From an uncultured archaeon (GTDB taxonomy: Archaea > Thermoproteota > EX4484-205 > JAAOZP01), in assembly GCA_938045545.1 (NCBI GenBank), contig CALIBN010000029.1, positions 1-64,000 of the forward strand: a stretch of 64,000 nt of DNA. The letters are read 5' to 3'. The position numbers and the translations under genes were made by a program. A model generated the notes under the pieces. The model saw only the letters and a list, made by a program, of their open reading frames with translations. It ran no database searches and was not told the DNA's origin. Shown one piece after another: positions 28,665-39,322 of this stretch; position 1 is the first letter of the stretch; every line of letters begins with the position of its first letter.

Positions 28665-30049
28665 AAACGGGTTCGCCGAAGCCTAGTGCTGGTTTAAAGG
28701 GGGTTTTACGCGAAGTTTTAAGCTACAAGTCTGCCGTCGCGGGTATTGTGATACTCCTCTTCCTAATAGGTCTGTCTGTCTACACTGTGGTAACAATACC
28801 CTTGCCGGAGGCGATTCAAGCCTGGAGGTCGAGCGAGGCTTGGAGCCGGAATCCTAGAAACGCTCAGCCAGAGTGGATTGAGCTATTCTACGGGAGGAAG
28901 CTGCCCCGCACAATAACAGTTTCACTCGGAGAAAAAGCTTCTGAGGTTTTGCGTGAAGACGGAACGCTTTCTGTCTCATGGGTCATCCATTTCAACTATG
29001 AATACGATGATTTTCCATCGGAGATCATAGTTTTCTTCAACTCGAGCTTTGTTGAGAAGCCTGTGGTTGATATCTACTGGATAAGACCGGATGGTGACGA
29101 GATTCTTCTTAAGAAACACACTTTGAGAAGACCCGATGACAGACTGTATTTGAGCAATGACCTTGGCCTAGAGCTGAGGCTGGAAAGGCTTTTCGAAAGC
29201 AAGATCGGAAAGAAACCAAACTTCACAGTGACGGTTGAGAAAGGCCTGTTCTCAGAGTATTCGCAGGATCCCCGGGTCTTAAAAGGTTTGTATGGAATGC
29301 GATTCGAAACAGCTCTGAACAAGAGCGATGTTTTGAATGCTGAAGTAGTGATATATGGTACTGTTCATGGGTTAGCTGGAACGGATCATTTAAGGAGACC
29401 CTTAATAATAGGTTTGCTCTGGGGGACTCCGATAGCAATGTCCTTCGGGCTTACAACAGCCTTGCTTACGACAGCACTCGGCCTCATAATCGGAACGATC
29501 AGCGGCTGGTACGGCGGTAAGATTGACACTATTATACAGCGGATAGTGGAGATAAACGCTGTCCTCCCATTCCTGCCGATTCTAATATTGCTTACAACAT
29601 TCTACAGAATCGATCTATTCGTTATCCTGCTCAGCGTTGTCGTTCTAAGCATATTCTCACTCGGCATAAAAGGCACCCGTATCTTGGTCATGCAGATTAA
29701 GAGCTATCCGTACATAGAGGCGGCGCAGGCTTACGGAGCCAGTAATATGAGACTTATACTATTCTACGTGATACCGAAGATCATGCCCCCGGTGGTTCCT
29801 GGGATGATTTCCTCGGTGCCGGGCTTCGTATTTCTTGAGGCCGGACTCTCATACCTTGGGCTTGGCGACCCATTCCTACCGACATGGGGCAAGATCATAA
29901 GTGATGCTCAGACTAACGGCGCCTTCTACAAAGGCATGTACTACTGGGTTTTAGAGCCTGCTTTCATGCTGATACTTACAGCCATCGCGTTCGCGCTGAT
30001 AGGGATGGCTCTAGAGAGAATAGTCAACCCTAAGCTGAAGGAGCTGTAG
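28652..30049 (+). CDS. Peptide ABC transporter permease (DppC/OppC-like)
   Basis: GTDHLRR, YIEAAQAYGA, EAGLSYLGLG. Confidence 0.9.
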   Translation: MGWLKTGSPKPSAGLKGVLREVLSYKSAVAGIVILLFLIGLSVYTVVTIPLPEAIQAWRSSEAWSRNPRNAQPEWIELFYGRKLPRTITVSLGEKASEVLREDGTLSVSWVIHFNYEYDDFPSEIIVFFNSSFVEKPVVDIYWIRPDGDEILLKKHTLRRPDDRLYLSNDLGLELRLERLFESKIGKKPNFTVTVEKGLFSEYSQDPRVLKGLYGMRFETALNKSDVLNAEVVIYGTVHGLAGTDHLRRPLIIGLLWGTPIAMSFGLTTALLTTALGLIIGTISGWYGGKIDTIIQRIVEINAVLPFLPILILLTTFYRIDLFVILLSVVVLSIFSLGIKGTRILVMQIKSYPYIEAAQAYGASNMRLILFYVIPKIMPPVVPGMISSVPGFVFLEAGLSYLGLGDPFLPTWGKIISDAQTNGAFYKGMYYWVLEPAFMLILTAIAFALIGMALERIVNPKLKEL

Positions 30050-30053
30050 AAGA

Positions 30054-31028
30054 ATGAGCAGTAGCAAATCTGTTTTATCAGTCCGCGACCTTAAGCTTTA
30101 CTATAGGACTAGAAAAGGAGTTGTGAAGGCTCTGGAGGAGATAAGTTTCGACTTGGAGAAGGAGGATACGCTTGCGGTCGTCGGCGAGTCAGGATGTGGG
30201 AAGAGTACTTTGGCACGTGCCCTAGTTCGGGTTCTCCCTAGGAACATTCATACTTATGAGGGAAAAGTGATTCTTGAAGGCAGGAATGTTATGGAGTTAA
30301 ACGAGGAAGATTTCAGGAGAGAAATAAGGTGGAGGAAAATATCTATTGTCTTTCAAGGGGCCATGAACTCCTTTAACCCAGTGTACAAGGTTGGTTACCA
30401 GGTGGCTGAGCCGCTAATCATTCACGATCATTTGGAGAAGAAGGAGGCGTTGAAAAGGGCGAGGCAGTTGATAGAGCTTATGGGGATGCCTGGAGTCTTC
30501 GCCGATAGGTATCCGTTCGAGCTGAGCGGCGGAATGAAGCAGAGAGCAGCAATAGCTATGGCTTTGATAACAAATCCTGAAATAGTGATTCTAGACGAGC
30601 CTACTTCAGCACTAGATGTCTTGACCCAGGCTAACATAATCAATCTCCTGAAGAAGATTAAAAACGAGTTCAAGCTTACCTACATCTTCATAACTCATGA
30701 CTTAGGTTTGGCCAGCGAACTCGCAAATAGGGTTGCAGTCATATACGCCGGTAAGATGGTTGAGCTCTCCAGTGCAGACATATTCTACACGCAGCCGAAG
30801 CATCCTTATTCAAAGGGTCTGCTGGCAAGTGTTCCTACGCTCAGTACCGATAGGAGGCCAGAGTTCATAACCGGGGTGCCACCTAGCCTGATCGACCCTC
30901 CGTCAGGCTGCAGGTTTCACCCTAGGTGTAGATTCGCATGGGAAAAATGCAGCTCTGAAGAACCAGCTATGTTCCAGGTGGGAAAGGATCATTTAGTTAG
31001 GTGCTGGCTGTACGGTGATGGAAAATGA
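30054..31028 (+). CDS. Peptide ABC transporter ATPase (DppD-like)
   Basis: GESGCGKS, LSGGMKQR, DEPT, HPY, GCRFHPRC. Confidence 0.92.
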   Translation: MSSSKSVLSVRDLKLYYRTRKGVVKALEEISFDLEKEDTLAVVGESGCGKSTLARALVRVLPRNIHTYEGKVILEGRNVMELNEEDFRREIRWRKISIVFQGAMNSFNPVYKVGYQVAEPLIIHDHLEKKEALKRARQLIELMGMPGVFADRYPFELSGGMKQRAAIAMALITNPEIVILDEPTSALDVLTQANIINLLKKIKNEFKLTYIFITHDLGLASELANRVAVIYAGKMVELSSADIFYTQPKHPYSKGLLASVPTLSTDRRPEFITGVPPSLIDPPSGCRFHPRCRFAWEKCSSEEPAMFQVGKDHLVRCWLYGDGK

Positions 31029-32026
31029 ATTCTGAAGGGCGACTTCTTGAATTGGAGGATTTGCGGAAATGGTTTGAAATCAGACGAGGCTTTTTAAGTT
31101 CTAAGGTGAGTTATGTGAAGGCGGTAGACGGCGTGACTTTCACGTTGGACGAGGGTATGGCTGTGTCGCTTGTGGGTGAGAGTGGAAGCGGGAAGACGAC
31201 TCTGGGTAAGACTATCATAAGGCTTTACGAGCCTAACGGCGGGAGAATCATATTCCAAGATAGGGATGTCACCCATTTAAAGGCTAACGACTTAAAGTGG
31301 TACAGGAGGATGACGGGTCTTGTGCAACAGGATCCTTTCGGCGCCTTCGCGTCTCATTTCACAATATTCAGGTCCCTAGAGGAGCCTCTCCTCATCCATA
31401 ACACGGTTAAGTCGAAAGAAGAGAGGGCTGAAAAAGTATTCAAGGCGCTTGAAGAAGTTAGGCTTACGCCCGTGGAGGATTTCGCATACAAATATCCCCA
31501 TATGCTCAGCGGCGGTCAGCTTCAGAGGGTTGCTATCGCTAGAGCTATAATTCTCGAACCGCGCCTGCTAGTTGCCGACGAGCCTGTGTCGATGCTGGAT
31601 GCTTCTGTCCGTATAGAGATCCTGACCCTCTTAAGAAGGCTTCAGGAAAGACTCAGACTTGGCGTGATATACATAACGCATGACCTTGCGACAACAAGGT
31701 TCTTCTCAGAGTGGGCGTTGATAATGTATGCCGGACACGTTATGGAGAAGGCTTTCACTCAGGAAATCCTGAGGAATCCTTTACATCCTTATACGAGGGC
31801 TCTGCTCACAGCTACTCCTGAGCCAAACCCGGAGAATAGAAATAGGTTTAAACAGGTTCCGCCTGGGGAGCCTCCTGCGCTAATTGATCCTCCTAAGAGC
31901 TGCAGGTTCTCTCCACGCTGTCCACGCGCTTTCGACAAGTGTTTTAAGGAGGAGCCGCCAGAGTTCGAAGCAGCCTCAGGGCACTGGGTTAAATGCTGGC
32001 TTTACGAAAGGTCTGAAGGGAAATGA
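31025..32026 (+). CDS. Peptide ABC transporter ATPase (DppF-like)
   Basis: GESGSGKT, LSGGQLQR, DEPVSMLD, CRFSPRC. Confidence 0.92.
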   Translation: MNSEGRLLELEDLRKWFEIRRGFLSSKVSYVKAVDGVTFTLDEGMAVSLVGESGSGKTTLGKTIIRLYEPNGGRIIFQDRDVTHLKANDLKWYRRMTGLVQQDPFGAFASHFTIFRSLEEPLLIHNTVKSKEERAEKVFKALEEVRLTPVEDFAYKYPHMLSGGQLQRVAIARAIILEPRLLVADEPVSMLDASVRIEILTLLRRLQERLRLGVIYITHDLATTRFFSEWALIMYAGHVMEKAFTQEILRNPLHPYTRALLTATPEPNPENRNRFKQVPPGEPPALIDPPKSCRFSPRCPRAFDKCFKEEPPEFEAASGHWVKCWLYERSEGK

Positions 32027-32265
32027 GTCCTAAGAAAGCGATGCTCATTGGGGTTCTGCTCTATCTGCTATCTTTTTTTACCGGTCTATATAACATGTGG
32101 TACATTAGGCAAGGCTATAATCCAACCTTGTTAACCAGTCTCGTCGTAATTCAAGTCGCCTTTTCTTTTTCCAGCATCGCGTTGGTTGGATATGGTACTC
32201 TAGCCTACCTGATAGCGATCGTAAGGGAGGCTGTGAGGAAACAAGGAGAATCTGGCGGAGAATAG
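32023..32265 (+). CDS. Small two-TM membrane protein at end of ABC operon
   Basis: ATGA overlap with upstream gene; two hydrophobic helices. Confidence 0.65.
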   Translation: MSPKKAMLIGVLLYLLSFFTGLYNMWYIRQGYNPTLLTSLVVIQVAFSFSSIALVGYGTLAYLIAIVREAVRKQGESGGE

Positions 32266-32303
32266 TTTTTCTTACTAGGTGAACCTCTAATAAACGGTTA
32301 TTT

Positions 32304-33947
32304 TTAAACCGAAAGCTTCCGTCTGACTTTAACAGTTTTAAGAACAAGGTAGGAAAAGATGGCAAGCGCTAAAACAGCGCTAATTGTAATAAGCGGTGAC
32401 AATTGTTCCCGGGTTTTCTCGCCTATCCCCAGGACATAGATTCCGGTCTCAGTCAATAGGAAGGATGCTGAACCCTTTGAAGAAGACTCCTCTGCTAAGA
32501 AGCCCCTTACGGTCTTCCACTCCACGCCTGTCCAGCAATAGAGGACAGGCTCCTCCTTCTGAATATCCCGAATGTCTTTCAAACTATATGTGACGTTAAC
32601 CCTTGTCCAGCCGTCAGATGAGAGTAGAGTGATGTTGAAGAAACCGCTTAGGAGTCTTCCTGTTCCAAATTCAACCGGCCTAGATCCCTTTACGGAAACA
32701 TCACCCCCATAAGTAAAGGAGATTTCGCTACTATTGCCATAGCTATTTATCTCCAAGTTTTTGACTATAATGTCTCCAGAGCCTTCAGAATAGAAATCGG
32801 CAATCGTGTTGTTAACGCACCGGTTATTTATAATCAGTATCTTGGATGAGCGGAATAAGTAAAGGCCATATGAATTCTGCCCAACTAGATTGTTTTCAAC
32901 CTTGGCTGATAGACTGTTTTCAACGGAGATCCCAACGCGGCAGAAGGAGATGGAATTCATTGATAAAACATTGTTGATTGTCTCGTAAGTAATGATACCG
33001 TGTCCCTTAGCGTATTCCAGCGTGTTGCCGGAAACAGTCACGTTAATACTGGAGTCAATAGCAATATTATTAGTTGAGAGGCGCACAGTGTTATCAAGTA
33101 TGGCCACGTTCTGAGAGCCCTGAACCTTTATGCCTATAAGCCCTTCAACCACATCGTTCCCAGCTACAAGGCTTCTACGTGCGTCATCCAAATAAACTCC
33201 GTAAAAGTTGTAGAGGATTTCGTTCTGGAATAATAAGGTCATTCTAGACCTGACGATGGACACGCCTATCGTATTTCCCTGAAAAACGTTTTTCGATACA
33301 TTGTTTTCGTCAGATATGTGAGAGTAGAAACCATAGGTGCAATTTATCACCCTGTTTTCGATAATCGTGTTGTTAAAACACAGTGAAAGGCTGACTCCAT
33401 ATTTACTTAATTCGATATTGTTTCGGGAAAGAGTGTTTCCAAAACTCTCATGCAGATATATTCCGAAACTACATTCTTTAACATCATTCCCCATGAGTAA
33501 ACCATTCCTCGAGCCATTAACCATAAACCCGAAATCGCCGCCTATAACTTTGTTTCCAATAATCTTATACCCCGAAGACCCTCTTATGCGTATTCCGCGT
33601 ATTCCCCCAGGGTTTAGGACAGTGAAACCAATCAGCGAAACATTATCTTTCGAGATTTCTATAACATCGTTTCCAGGATTAACTGGGGTTAATTCAACTG
33701 TTCCATTGGCAATGAGTTTCACGGATTTGTTTATTTTGAGATTCTCCATATATTTGCCGGGTGGAACATATATCGTGTCTCCAACGTCAGCCGAGTTGAT
33801 CGCCACCTGTATTGAAAAGCCTTTTTCAGCAGCGTTTTTGAAACTATACAGATTAGCTCCATCCGCTGACGGAAGGAGGTGGTTACCCGCGTTTTGTGAA
33901 GTAAACAATGCGAGCATTAGGAATGCCGTGTAAACGGGTCTTTCCAA
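32304..33947 (-). CDS. Cell-surface parallel beta-helix (NosD/CASH) protein with C-terminal TM anchor
   Basis: SIQVAINSA..GDTIYVPPG.Y.EN, repeated GI.L..S..N.I..N units, terminal TM and basic tail. Confidence 0.85.
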   Translation of the reverse strand: MERPVYTAFLMLALFTSQNAGNHLLPSADGANLYSFKNAAEKGFSIQVAINSADVGDTIYVPPGKYMENLKINKSVKLIANGTVELTPVNPGNDVIEISKDNVSLIGFTVLNPGGIRGIRIRGSSGYKIIGNKVIGGDFGFMVNGSRNGLLMGNDVKECSFGIYLHESFGNTLSRNNIELSKYGVSLSLCFNNTIIENRVINCTYGFYSHISDENNVSKNVFQGNTIGVSIVRSRMTLLFQNEILYNFYGVYLDDARRSLVAGNDVVEGLIGIKVQGSQNVAILDNTVRLSTNNIAIDSSINVTVSGNTLEYAKGHGIITYETINNVLSMNSISFCRVGISVENSLSAKVENNLVGQNSYGLYLFRSSKILIINNRCVNNTIADFYSEGSGDIIVKNLEINSYGNSSEISFTYGGDVSVKGSRPVEFGTGRLLSGFFNITLLSSDGWTRVNVTYSLKDIRDIQKEEPVLYCWTGVEWKTVRGFLAEESSSKGSASFLLTETGIYVLGIGEKTREQLSPLITISAVLALAIFSYLVLKTVKVRRKLSV

Positions 33948-34293
33948 GACTGTTTGCAGAAATTTAGCAAGCCTTATAAACGTAGTGGTTAACTGCCGGA
34001 TATTTTCATGAGATGAATCTTCCTAGTCAATGAGGGAAGAAGAGGACTATTAGTTAAAACCAAGACCCTAGTGCGCTAACCGTGGAAAATAGATTTTAAA
34101 GGCTACGTGGAGCTTATCCTCGCTTTAATTCAAACAGATTCCTTCCACTGATAGTTTTAATAGATATGCTCGTAGTGATAGTGTTGCTCTTGTGTCAAGT
34201 CTTGCTGGAGCGATCATTCTTTTCTGCCACCATCAGTTTTAAAGCCTCAGGGATCTATCGGGGTTATGGCGAAGAATAACTTTATATTCAACC

Positions 34294-34953
34294 TTGTTCC
34301 AACTACTTAAATCCAGTTTGATAGAGGTTAAGGGTGTTAAGATATATTGGCTGGGGCACGCTGGCTTCAGGATAGCTGGAGAAGGGAAAACAATCTACAT
34401 AGACCCGTTCAAGATTAAGGGCGGCCCAGCAGCGGACATGATTCTTATAACACATAGTCATTTTGACCATTTGAGCGTTGAAGACGTAAGGAAAATCTCC
34501 TCTTCCAAGACTCTTTTAATAGGCCCAAAAGAGTGTGAAGCAAGGTTCAGACAGTTGGGCTTAGAGCATAAATTGGTTAAGCCGGGCGTAACCATGGATG
34601 TCTCAGGAGTAAGGGTGGAGGCTGTTCCAGCATATAATGTTGGAAAATCTTTCCACCCTAAGGTGGACGGCAAGGTTGGGTACGTGGTTACAGTGGGCGG
34701 AGTGAAAATATATCACGCAGGGGACACTGACAGGATACCTGAGATGGCCGGCATAAAGCCGGATGTCTCGATTCTCCCGGTTGGAGGAACATACACCATG
34801 AGCGCTGAGGAGGCTGCTCAAGCGGCTAAAGACATAGGCGTGGGAATATTCGTACCTATGCACTACGGCTCCATCGTCGGGGGCAAGAGTGATGCTGAAA
34901 GGTTCCGCAGCCTCATTGGGGAAAATGCCGTTATAATGGAGCCTGAGGAATAG
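34294..34953 (+). CDS. Metallo-beta-lactamase-fold hydrolase (UPF0173-like)
   Basis: WLGHAGF, THSHFDH, YHAGDT, PMHY; start may be TTG 34318. Confidence 0.88.
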   Translation: MFQLLKSSLIEVKGVKIYWLGHAGFRIAGEGKTIYIDPFKIKGGPAADMILITHSHFDHLSVEDVRKISSSKTLLIGPKECEARFRQLGLEHKLVKPGVTMDVSGVRVEAVPAYNVGKSFHPKVDGKVGYVVTVGGVKIYHAGDTDRIPEMAGIKPDVSILPVGGTYTMSAEEAAQAAKDIGVGIFVPMHYGSIVGGKSDAERFRSLIGENAVIMEPEE

Positions 34954-34977
34954 CTGAAAACCCATTTTTTCTAAAAC

Positions 34978-35244
34978 CTAAGAGTTATCTATCTGTTTAG
35001 CACGTTTAAAAATGATCAGCGTAATCATTATCATCACTGCAGCAATAATGACACTGATGAGTATGAGTATTGGTGAGTATTCTCCGAAGCCGAATGCCAG
35101 TGGGAAAGGGCCTATGAGGATGAAGATTGCGAAGGCTCCTCCGCCCTTGGCTTCAGCCGAGGACAGCGAGGCTAGGATAAGCGTTACAAATCCGATCATT
35201 ATCAGGAGGAAGCCCGTTAAAAGGAGCTTTCCGAAAGTATTCAA
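34978..35244 (-). CDS. DUF131-family membrane protein
   Basis: GGG...ILIGPFPLAFG motif between TM helices. Confidence 0.75.
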   Translation of the reverse strand: MNTFGKLLLTGFLLIMIGFVTLILASLSSAEAKGGGAFAIFILIGPFPLAFGFGEYSPILILISVIIAAVMIMITLIIFKRAKQIDNS

Positions 35245-35250
35245 GGCTCC

Positions 35251-35514
35251 TCAGCCGTAAGTAAAGAAGACAGTTAAAAAGATCAAAATCAAGGTGAGTA
35301 TGATCGCGAGTACGAGCAGCATCCTGGCTGTCTTAGGGTCTGAAGCAAGGACTATTGGGATTGGGCCTATCATCACCACAGCCCCACCGTGCTTCTCAAC
35401 CTCTGCATCTTTCTGCTTGAGAGCGCGTAGAAGCTCCATGAAAACAGCTATAAAAACGAGTAGAAAGCCCGCCAAAACTAGGAGCATAGCGACCAGGGTC
35501 AACGGTGGACTCAT
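35251..35514 (-). CDS. DUF131-family membrane protein (tandem paralogue)
   Basis: GGAVVMIGPIPIVL motif. Confidence 0.8.
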   Translation of the reverse strand: MSPPLTLVAMLLVLAGFLLVFIAVFMELLRALKQKDAEVEKHGGAVVMIGPIPIVLASDPKTARMLLVLAIILTLILIFLTVFFTYG

Positions 35515-35520
35515 ATGGGT

Positions 35521-36108
35521 CTACTCTATCGGTATCTCCTCGCCCTTCTTCTCCTTCCTGATCCTGTTCAGAGTTACTTCGAGAATACCGTTCTTGTAGC
35601 TGGCCTTAGCCGTTTTCGGATCAACCTCCTCAGGCAGCTCAACATCCTTACTGTACTTTCTCTTCTCAGACTCAGCCCGTATTGAAAGAGTTTTTCCGAC
35701 AACGTTCAGCTTAATGTCCTGCTTATCCACGCCAGGCACCTCCGCTATGACTTTAATCTTGTCCTCCTCGGTGATAACGTCCACCAGTGGCTCAGCCGCC
35801 TCCTTGACTTCAAGAGGCTTCACGGGCGATACTTTACGCTTAACGTTTCCAAACTCCCTTACGATAGGCTTACCGTCAGGGCCTATTCTGACGGAGTAAC
35901 CGTATATGAAGGGTCCGTACTCCCTCTTCACGCTACCATCCGGAAGCTTTTCCTCCCTAACGAGGTCCTTAGGAAACTTCTCCTCAAAGCCTTTGAAGAG
36001 GTCGAAGAAATCCTCCTCGAAGGGCGATGCACTGAAGGCTCTCCGCATCATTCTCCTCAAATCCTTCTCAAGCTTTTCAAACCAGTCCTCAAACCAGTCT
36101 TCGGACAT
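35521..36108 (-). CDS. hsp20: Small heat-shock protein Hsp20
   Basis: GPFIYGYSVRIGPDGKP..REFGN, EPLVDV, AEVPGVDK, ASYKNGILEV; ATG 36108 follows GGAGGTG. Confidence 0.92.
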   Translation of the reverse strand: MSEDWFEDWFEKLEKDLRRMMRRAFSASPFEEDFFDLFKGFEEKFPKDLVREEKLPDGSVKREYGPFIYGYSVRIGPDGKPIVREFGNVKRKVSPVKPLEVKEAAEPLVDVITEEDKIKVIAEVPGVDKQDIKLNVVGKTLSIRAESEKRKYSKDVELPEEVDPKTAKASYKNGILEVTLNRIRKEKKGEEIPIE

Positions 36109-36260
36109 TCTTAACACCTCCGTTTTAAAGCATGCTTACAGGAAGATATTAATTTTTCCCTGACGATTTCAAGCCAATATTTCTGGAGACAATGGGCTTA
36201 GAAAGGTTGTAGACATAAGGGGCCAAAGCTTTTATTTAACCTTTGTCAAACTCTTCCAAC

Positions 36261-37349
36261 ATGTCTGGAGAATGGATGGTTAAAGTGCTAGAGGACCTAA
36301 CAAACTCATTCGGGCCCGCTGGATATGAGAAAGAAGTTCTGTCGAAGGCGAAGAGCTACATGCAGGCCTATGCTGACGAGATTATGTCTGACAAACTTGG
36401 CTCTCTGGCTTTCGTCAAGAAAGGTGGCTCAGAGAGGCCTCGCGTCCTTCTCGCCGGCCATGTTGACGAGGTTGGCTTCGTCGTCTCAGGCATAAACGAC
36501 CAGGGCTTCCTGTCTTTCGCATCCCTCGGAGGATGGTTCGACCAGGTTCTGCTGTCAACCAGAGTCATAGTTAGGACTCAGAAGGGTGATTTAAACGGGG
36601 TTATAGCCGCGAAGCCCCCACACCTAATACCTCCGGAGGAGGCCAACAAGGTGATTACGAAGGACAACATGTTCATAGATATAGGTGCTTCCTCAGCCGA
36701 CGAGGCTAGAAACATGGGTGTTAGAATAGGAGACCCGGTTGTACCCTGCTCGAGCTTCACCATTATGAAGAATGGCGAGGTTGCGATGGGCAAGGCTTTC
36801 GACGACAGGGTTGGAGCAGCGATAGCCATGGAGGTTGTGAGAAGGCTTAGAACCGAGGGGATTCAACACCCGAACACCGTATTTGGTGCAGCCACGGTAA
36901 TGGAGGAGGTTGGCCTGAGAGGGGCTACGACGATCGCAAGCCTAGTGGATCCAGACGTGGCAATCGTGCTCGAAGTAGATATTGCCGGCGACGTCCCAGG
37001 GATACCTGCTGGACAGGCCCAGACGAAAATCGGAAGGGGGCCGTCTATAGTAGCGATGGATGCATCCATGATTCCAAATCAACCGTTGAAAAACCTGGCG
37101 ATAAGAGTTGCCGAGGAAAACAATATTCCGTATCAGCTCTCGCTGGTGGCTAGAGGCGGTACGGATGCTGGGAGGATTCACATTCATAAAGTCGGCTGCC
37201 CCAGCCTAGTTATAGGTGTTCCGACGAGACACATTCATTCAGCAGCATCAATAATGAGTCTCAGTGACGTGAGGAATGCTGTCAGGCTTGTCCTGGAGAT
37301 GGTTAAGAGGCTCGATGCGGAAACGGTAAGGAAACTTACAGAATGGTGA
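36261..37349 (+). CDS. M42-family (TET-type) aminopeptidase
   Basis: AGHVDE, KAFDDR, MEEVGLRGA, GGTDA, RHIHS. Confidence 0.92.
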   Translation: MSGEWMVKVLEDLTNSFGPAGYEKEVLSKAKSYMQAYADEIMSDKLGSLAFVKKGGSERPRVLLAGHVDEVGFVVSGINDQGFLSFASLGGWFDQVLLSTRVIVRTQKGDLNGVIAAKPPHLIPPEEANKVITKDNMFIDIGASSADEARNMGVRIGDPVVPCSSFTIMKNGEVAMGKAFDDRVGAAIAMEVVRRLRTEGIQHPNTVFGAATVMEEVGLRGATTIASLVDPDVAIVLEVDIAGDVPGIPAGQAQTKIGRGPSIVAMDASMIPNQPLKNLAIRVAEENNIPYQLSLVARGGTDAGRIHIHKVGCPSLVIGVPTRHIHSAASIMSLSDVRNAVRLVLEMVKRLDAETVRKLTEW

Positions 37350-37549
37350 CGCACCGACCTGTTTAAATGGTTTGAAGTCCCTTCGGGCCTCAATTCGTCG
37401 CCTCATGACCTCATCACGTTAGTTTCTATGTTCGCCAAATATAAAAAGTCCGAAGAGCAGTTATACAAAAAATCCAGCTCAAGCGTGCATTATGAATCAT
37501 AGAAAGTTTAGGATTGCTTTAATGCTGCTCATTCTACTCGTGCGTTAAG

Positions 37550-38613
37550 TAATCATGAAATACTACATCTCGAGCACGGAGTGTTGCAGAAGCTCATAGA
37601 AGAAGGCATAGAAAGAGCGGGATGTAAGGCTAAGTTAAAAGATGAGGTAGGTTTATCTCAATCTGCCCTATACTGCATACTGATGAAGAAAGGGATACCA
37701 TAACTGTTGGTCACATTAAAGACTTGCTGGATTTTCTGGAGGTGCCCTATGAGAGTATAGATCTAAACATCGTCGGAATTGGCGGTCCTTCCAATTCAAT
37801 AAAATACCCGCATCTTCCGTTTACTTTGATACGTATGAGGGTGTCACGTTAATCGCAGCCGCCTTAAAAGGTGGCTGTATTTCAAAAACGGGTCGCTACT
37901 TAAGGTATGCAAATAAAGATAGAGGGAGCCTAGAAAGGGTAAAAAAAGCTGTTAAGAGGGTATTCGGTCACGTAGAACCGTACGAAACAACGGGAGGGTC
38001 CCTAATAACGATAACGTATCACTCCACCCTAATGGAAAAGGCTTTAGAAGAAGCTGGCGTTACGCCCGGTAAGAAAGCCGAACAGGAATATCATGTGCCT
38101 GAATTTATCAGAGAAGGCGATGAGGTAGTGCAGAAAGCATACCTATATCAGACCCTGATGGATGAGGGAACGTGGGAAGTATCAAAATATGGCGAGGTAT
38201 ATAGCATAAAGTATCTCCAAGCAGTATCCATTGATAAAGAACTTACCGAAGATGACAGAGTTCCTTTAGAAGTTAGAGGGGGAAGAACGCGAGTTACCTC
38301 ACCCTAGAAAGGAAGAGACGTACCACATCCACTGCATTGTTATTAATGATGAACTGGAGATGAAAATAGAGAAAGAAGCTCCCAATTTATGGAGGGTAAT
38401 AAGGCAATCTAAACCGCCCAATATGGAAGAGGAGAAAGAAATGTTTGAAAAGTTATTCGAAATAGATGTTAGACTTAGGCCTTTTATGCTCTACTACACA
38501 GAAGGACGTGGCTATCGAGTATCTTGAATATTAAGAATCAGTAGTAAAGAACAATGCCGTAGGGTTGTAGAGGGACTCGGTCTTCCTTTGCATAAACATG
38601 AAGATGGAGAATA
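37550..38613 (+). pseudogene. Degenerate HTH + double-motif LAGLIDADG endonuclease-like gene
   Basis: Manual translation over frameshifts: KLKDEVGLSQSALY (HTH), LIAAALKGGCI (motif 1), PEFIREGDEVVQKAYLYQTLMDEG (motif 2), and ILRISSKE..RRVVEGLG tail. Confidence 0.65.
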
Positions 38614-38669
38614 GCTATCCTTATTGAGATGAAGATTTTTAAAGTAGTCTTTCGACATGTCAGTGAAGT

Positions 38670-39305
38670 TTGACGGTAAAGGCGGTAATACTGGACTATG
38701 ATGGAACTCTCGCGGACACAGTGGACCTTCTCTCCGAAGCGTGGTCCAGGGCGGCTAGCCTCATAGGGATAAGGGTCGACCCCAAGGATGTTGAGAGGTA
38801 CGTTGGGCTCGCAGGGCCGGAGATATCTCTTAAAATAGCCGGAGGGGACGAGGCTAGGGCTGCAGAGCTGATGAGGCTTAAAGACGAGATATACGACTCT
38901 GAATACGCGGGGAGAATGAGGCTCTTCGAGGACGTTGGGCCTTCTTTAAGCATGCTTAGGGATAGGGGGCTTAAGATAGCGGTTGCAAGCTCCCAGACTT
39001 CAAGGAGGCTTAAGAAATATCTTTCCCTCCTGGGGATTTTGAAGATGTTCGACGTGCTCGTAGGCTCAGACACTGTGGCGAGGAGGAAACCGGCTCCGGA
39101 CGTTTTCCTGAAGGCCGCTGAACTCTTGGGAGTTAAGCCCATCGAATGCTTCGCGGTTGGGGACACTTGTTTTGATTGCGAGTCAGCTAAGAACGCCGGG
39201 ATGCGCTTCATACTCGTTTCAAGGAGGGGCACTGAGTGCGAGAAAGCGGAGTTCACGGTGAAAAGCCTTAGCGAGGCCGTTTCGGTAATATTAAGCACCT
39301 CATAG
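38670..39305 (+). CDS. HAD-superfamily phosphatase
   Basis: DYDGTL, ASS, KPAPD, VGDT..D. Confidence 0.9.
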   Translation: MTVKAVILDYDGTLADTVDLLSEAWSRAASLIGIRVDPKDVERYVGLAGPEISLKIAGGDEARAAELMRLKDEIYDSEYAGRMRLFEDVGPSLSMLRDRGLKIAVASSQTSRRLKKYLSLLGILKMFDVLVGSDTVARRKPAPDVFLKAAELLGVKPIECFAVGDTCFDCESAKNAGMRFILVSRRGTECEKAEFTVKSLSEAVSVILSTS

Positions 39306-39322
39306 CCCTGTCTTAGACGGGC

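Noticed and set aside
33950-34290. Short coding-like fragments around the 34071 motif
   Set aside because: Under 25 codons each and no recognisable family
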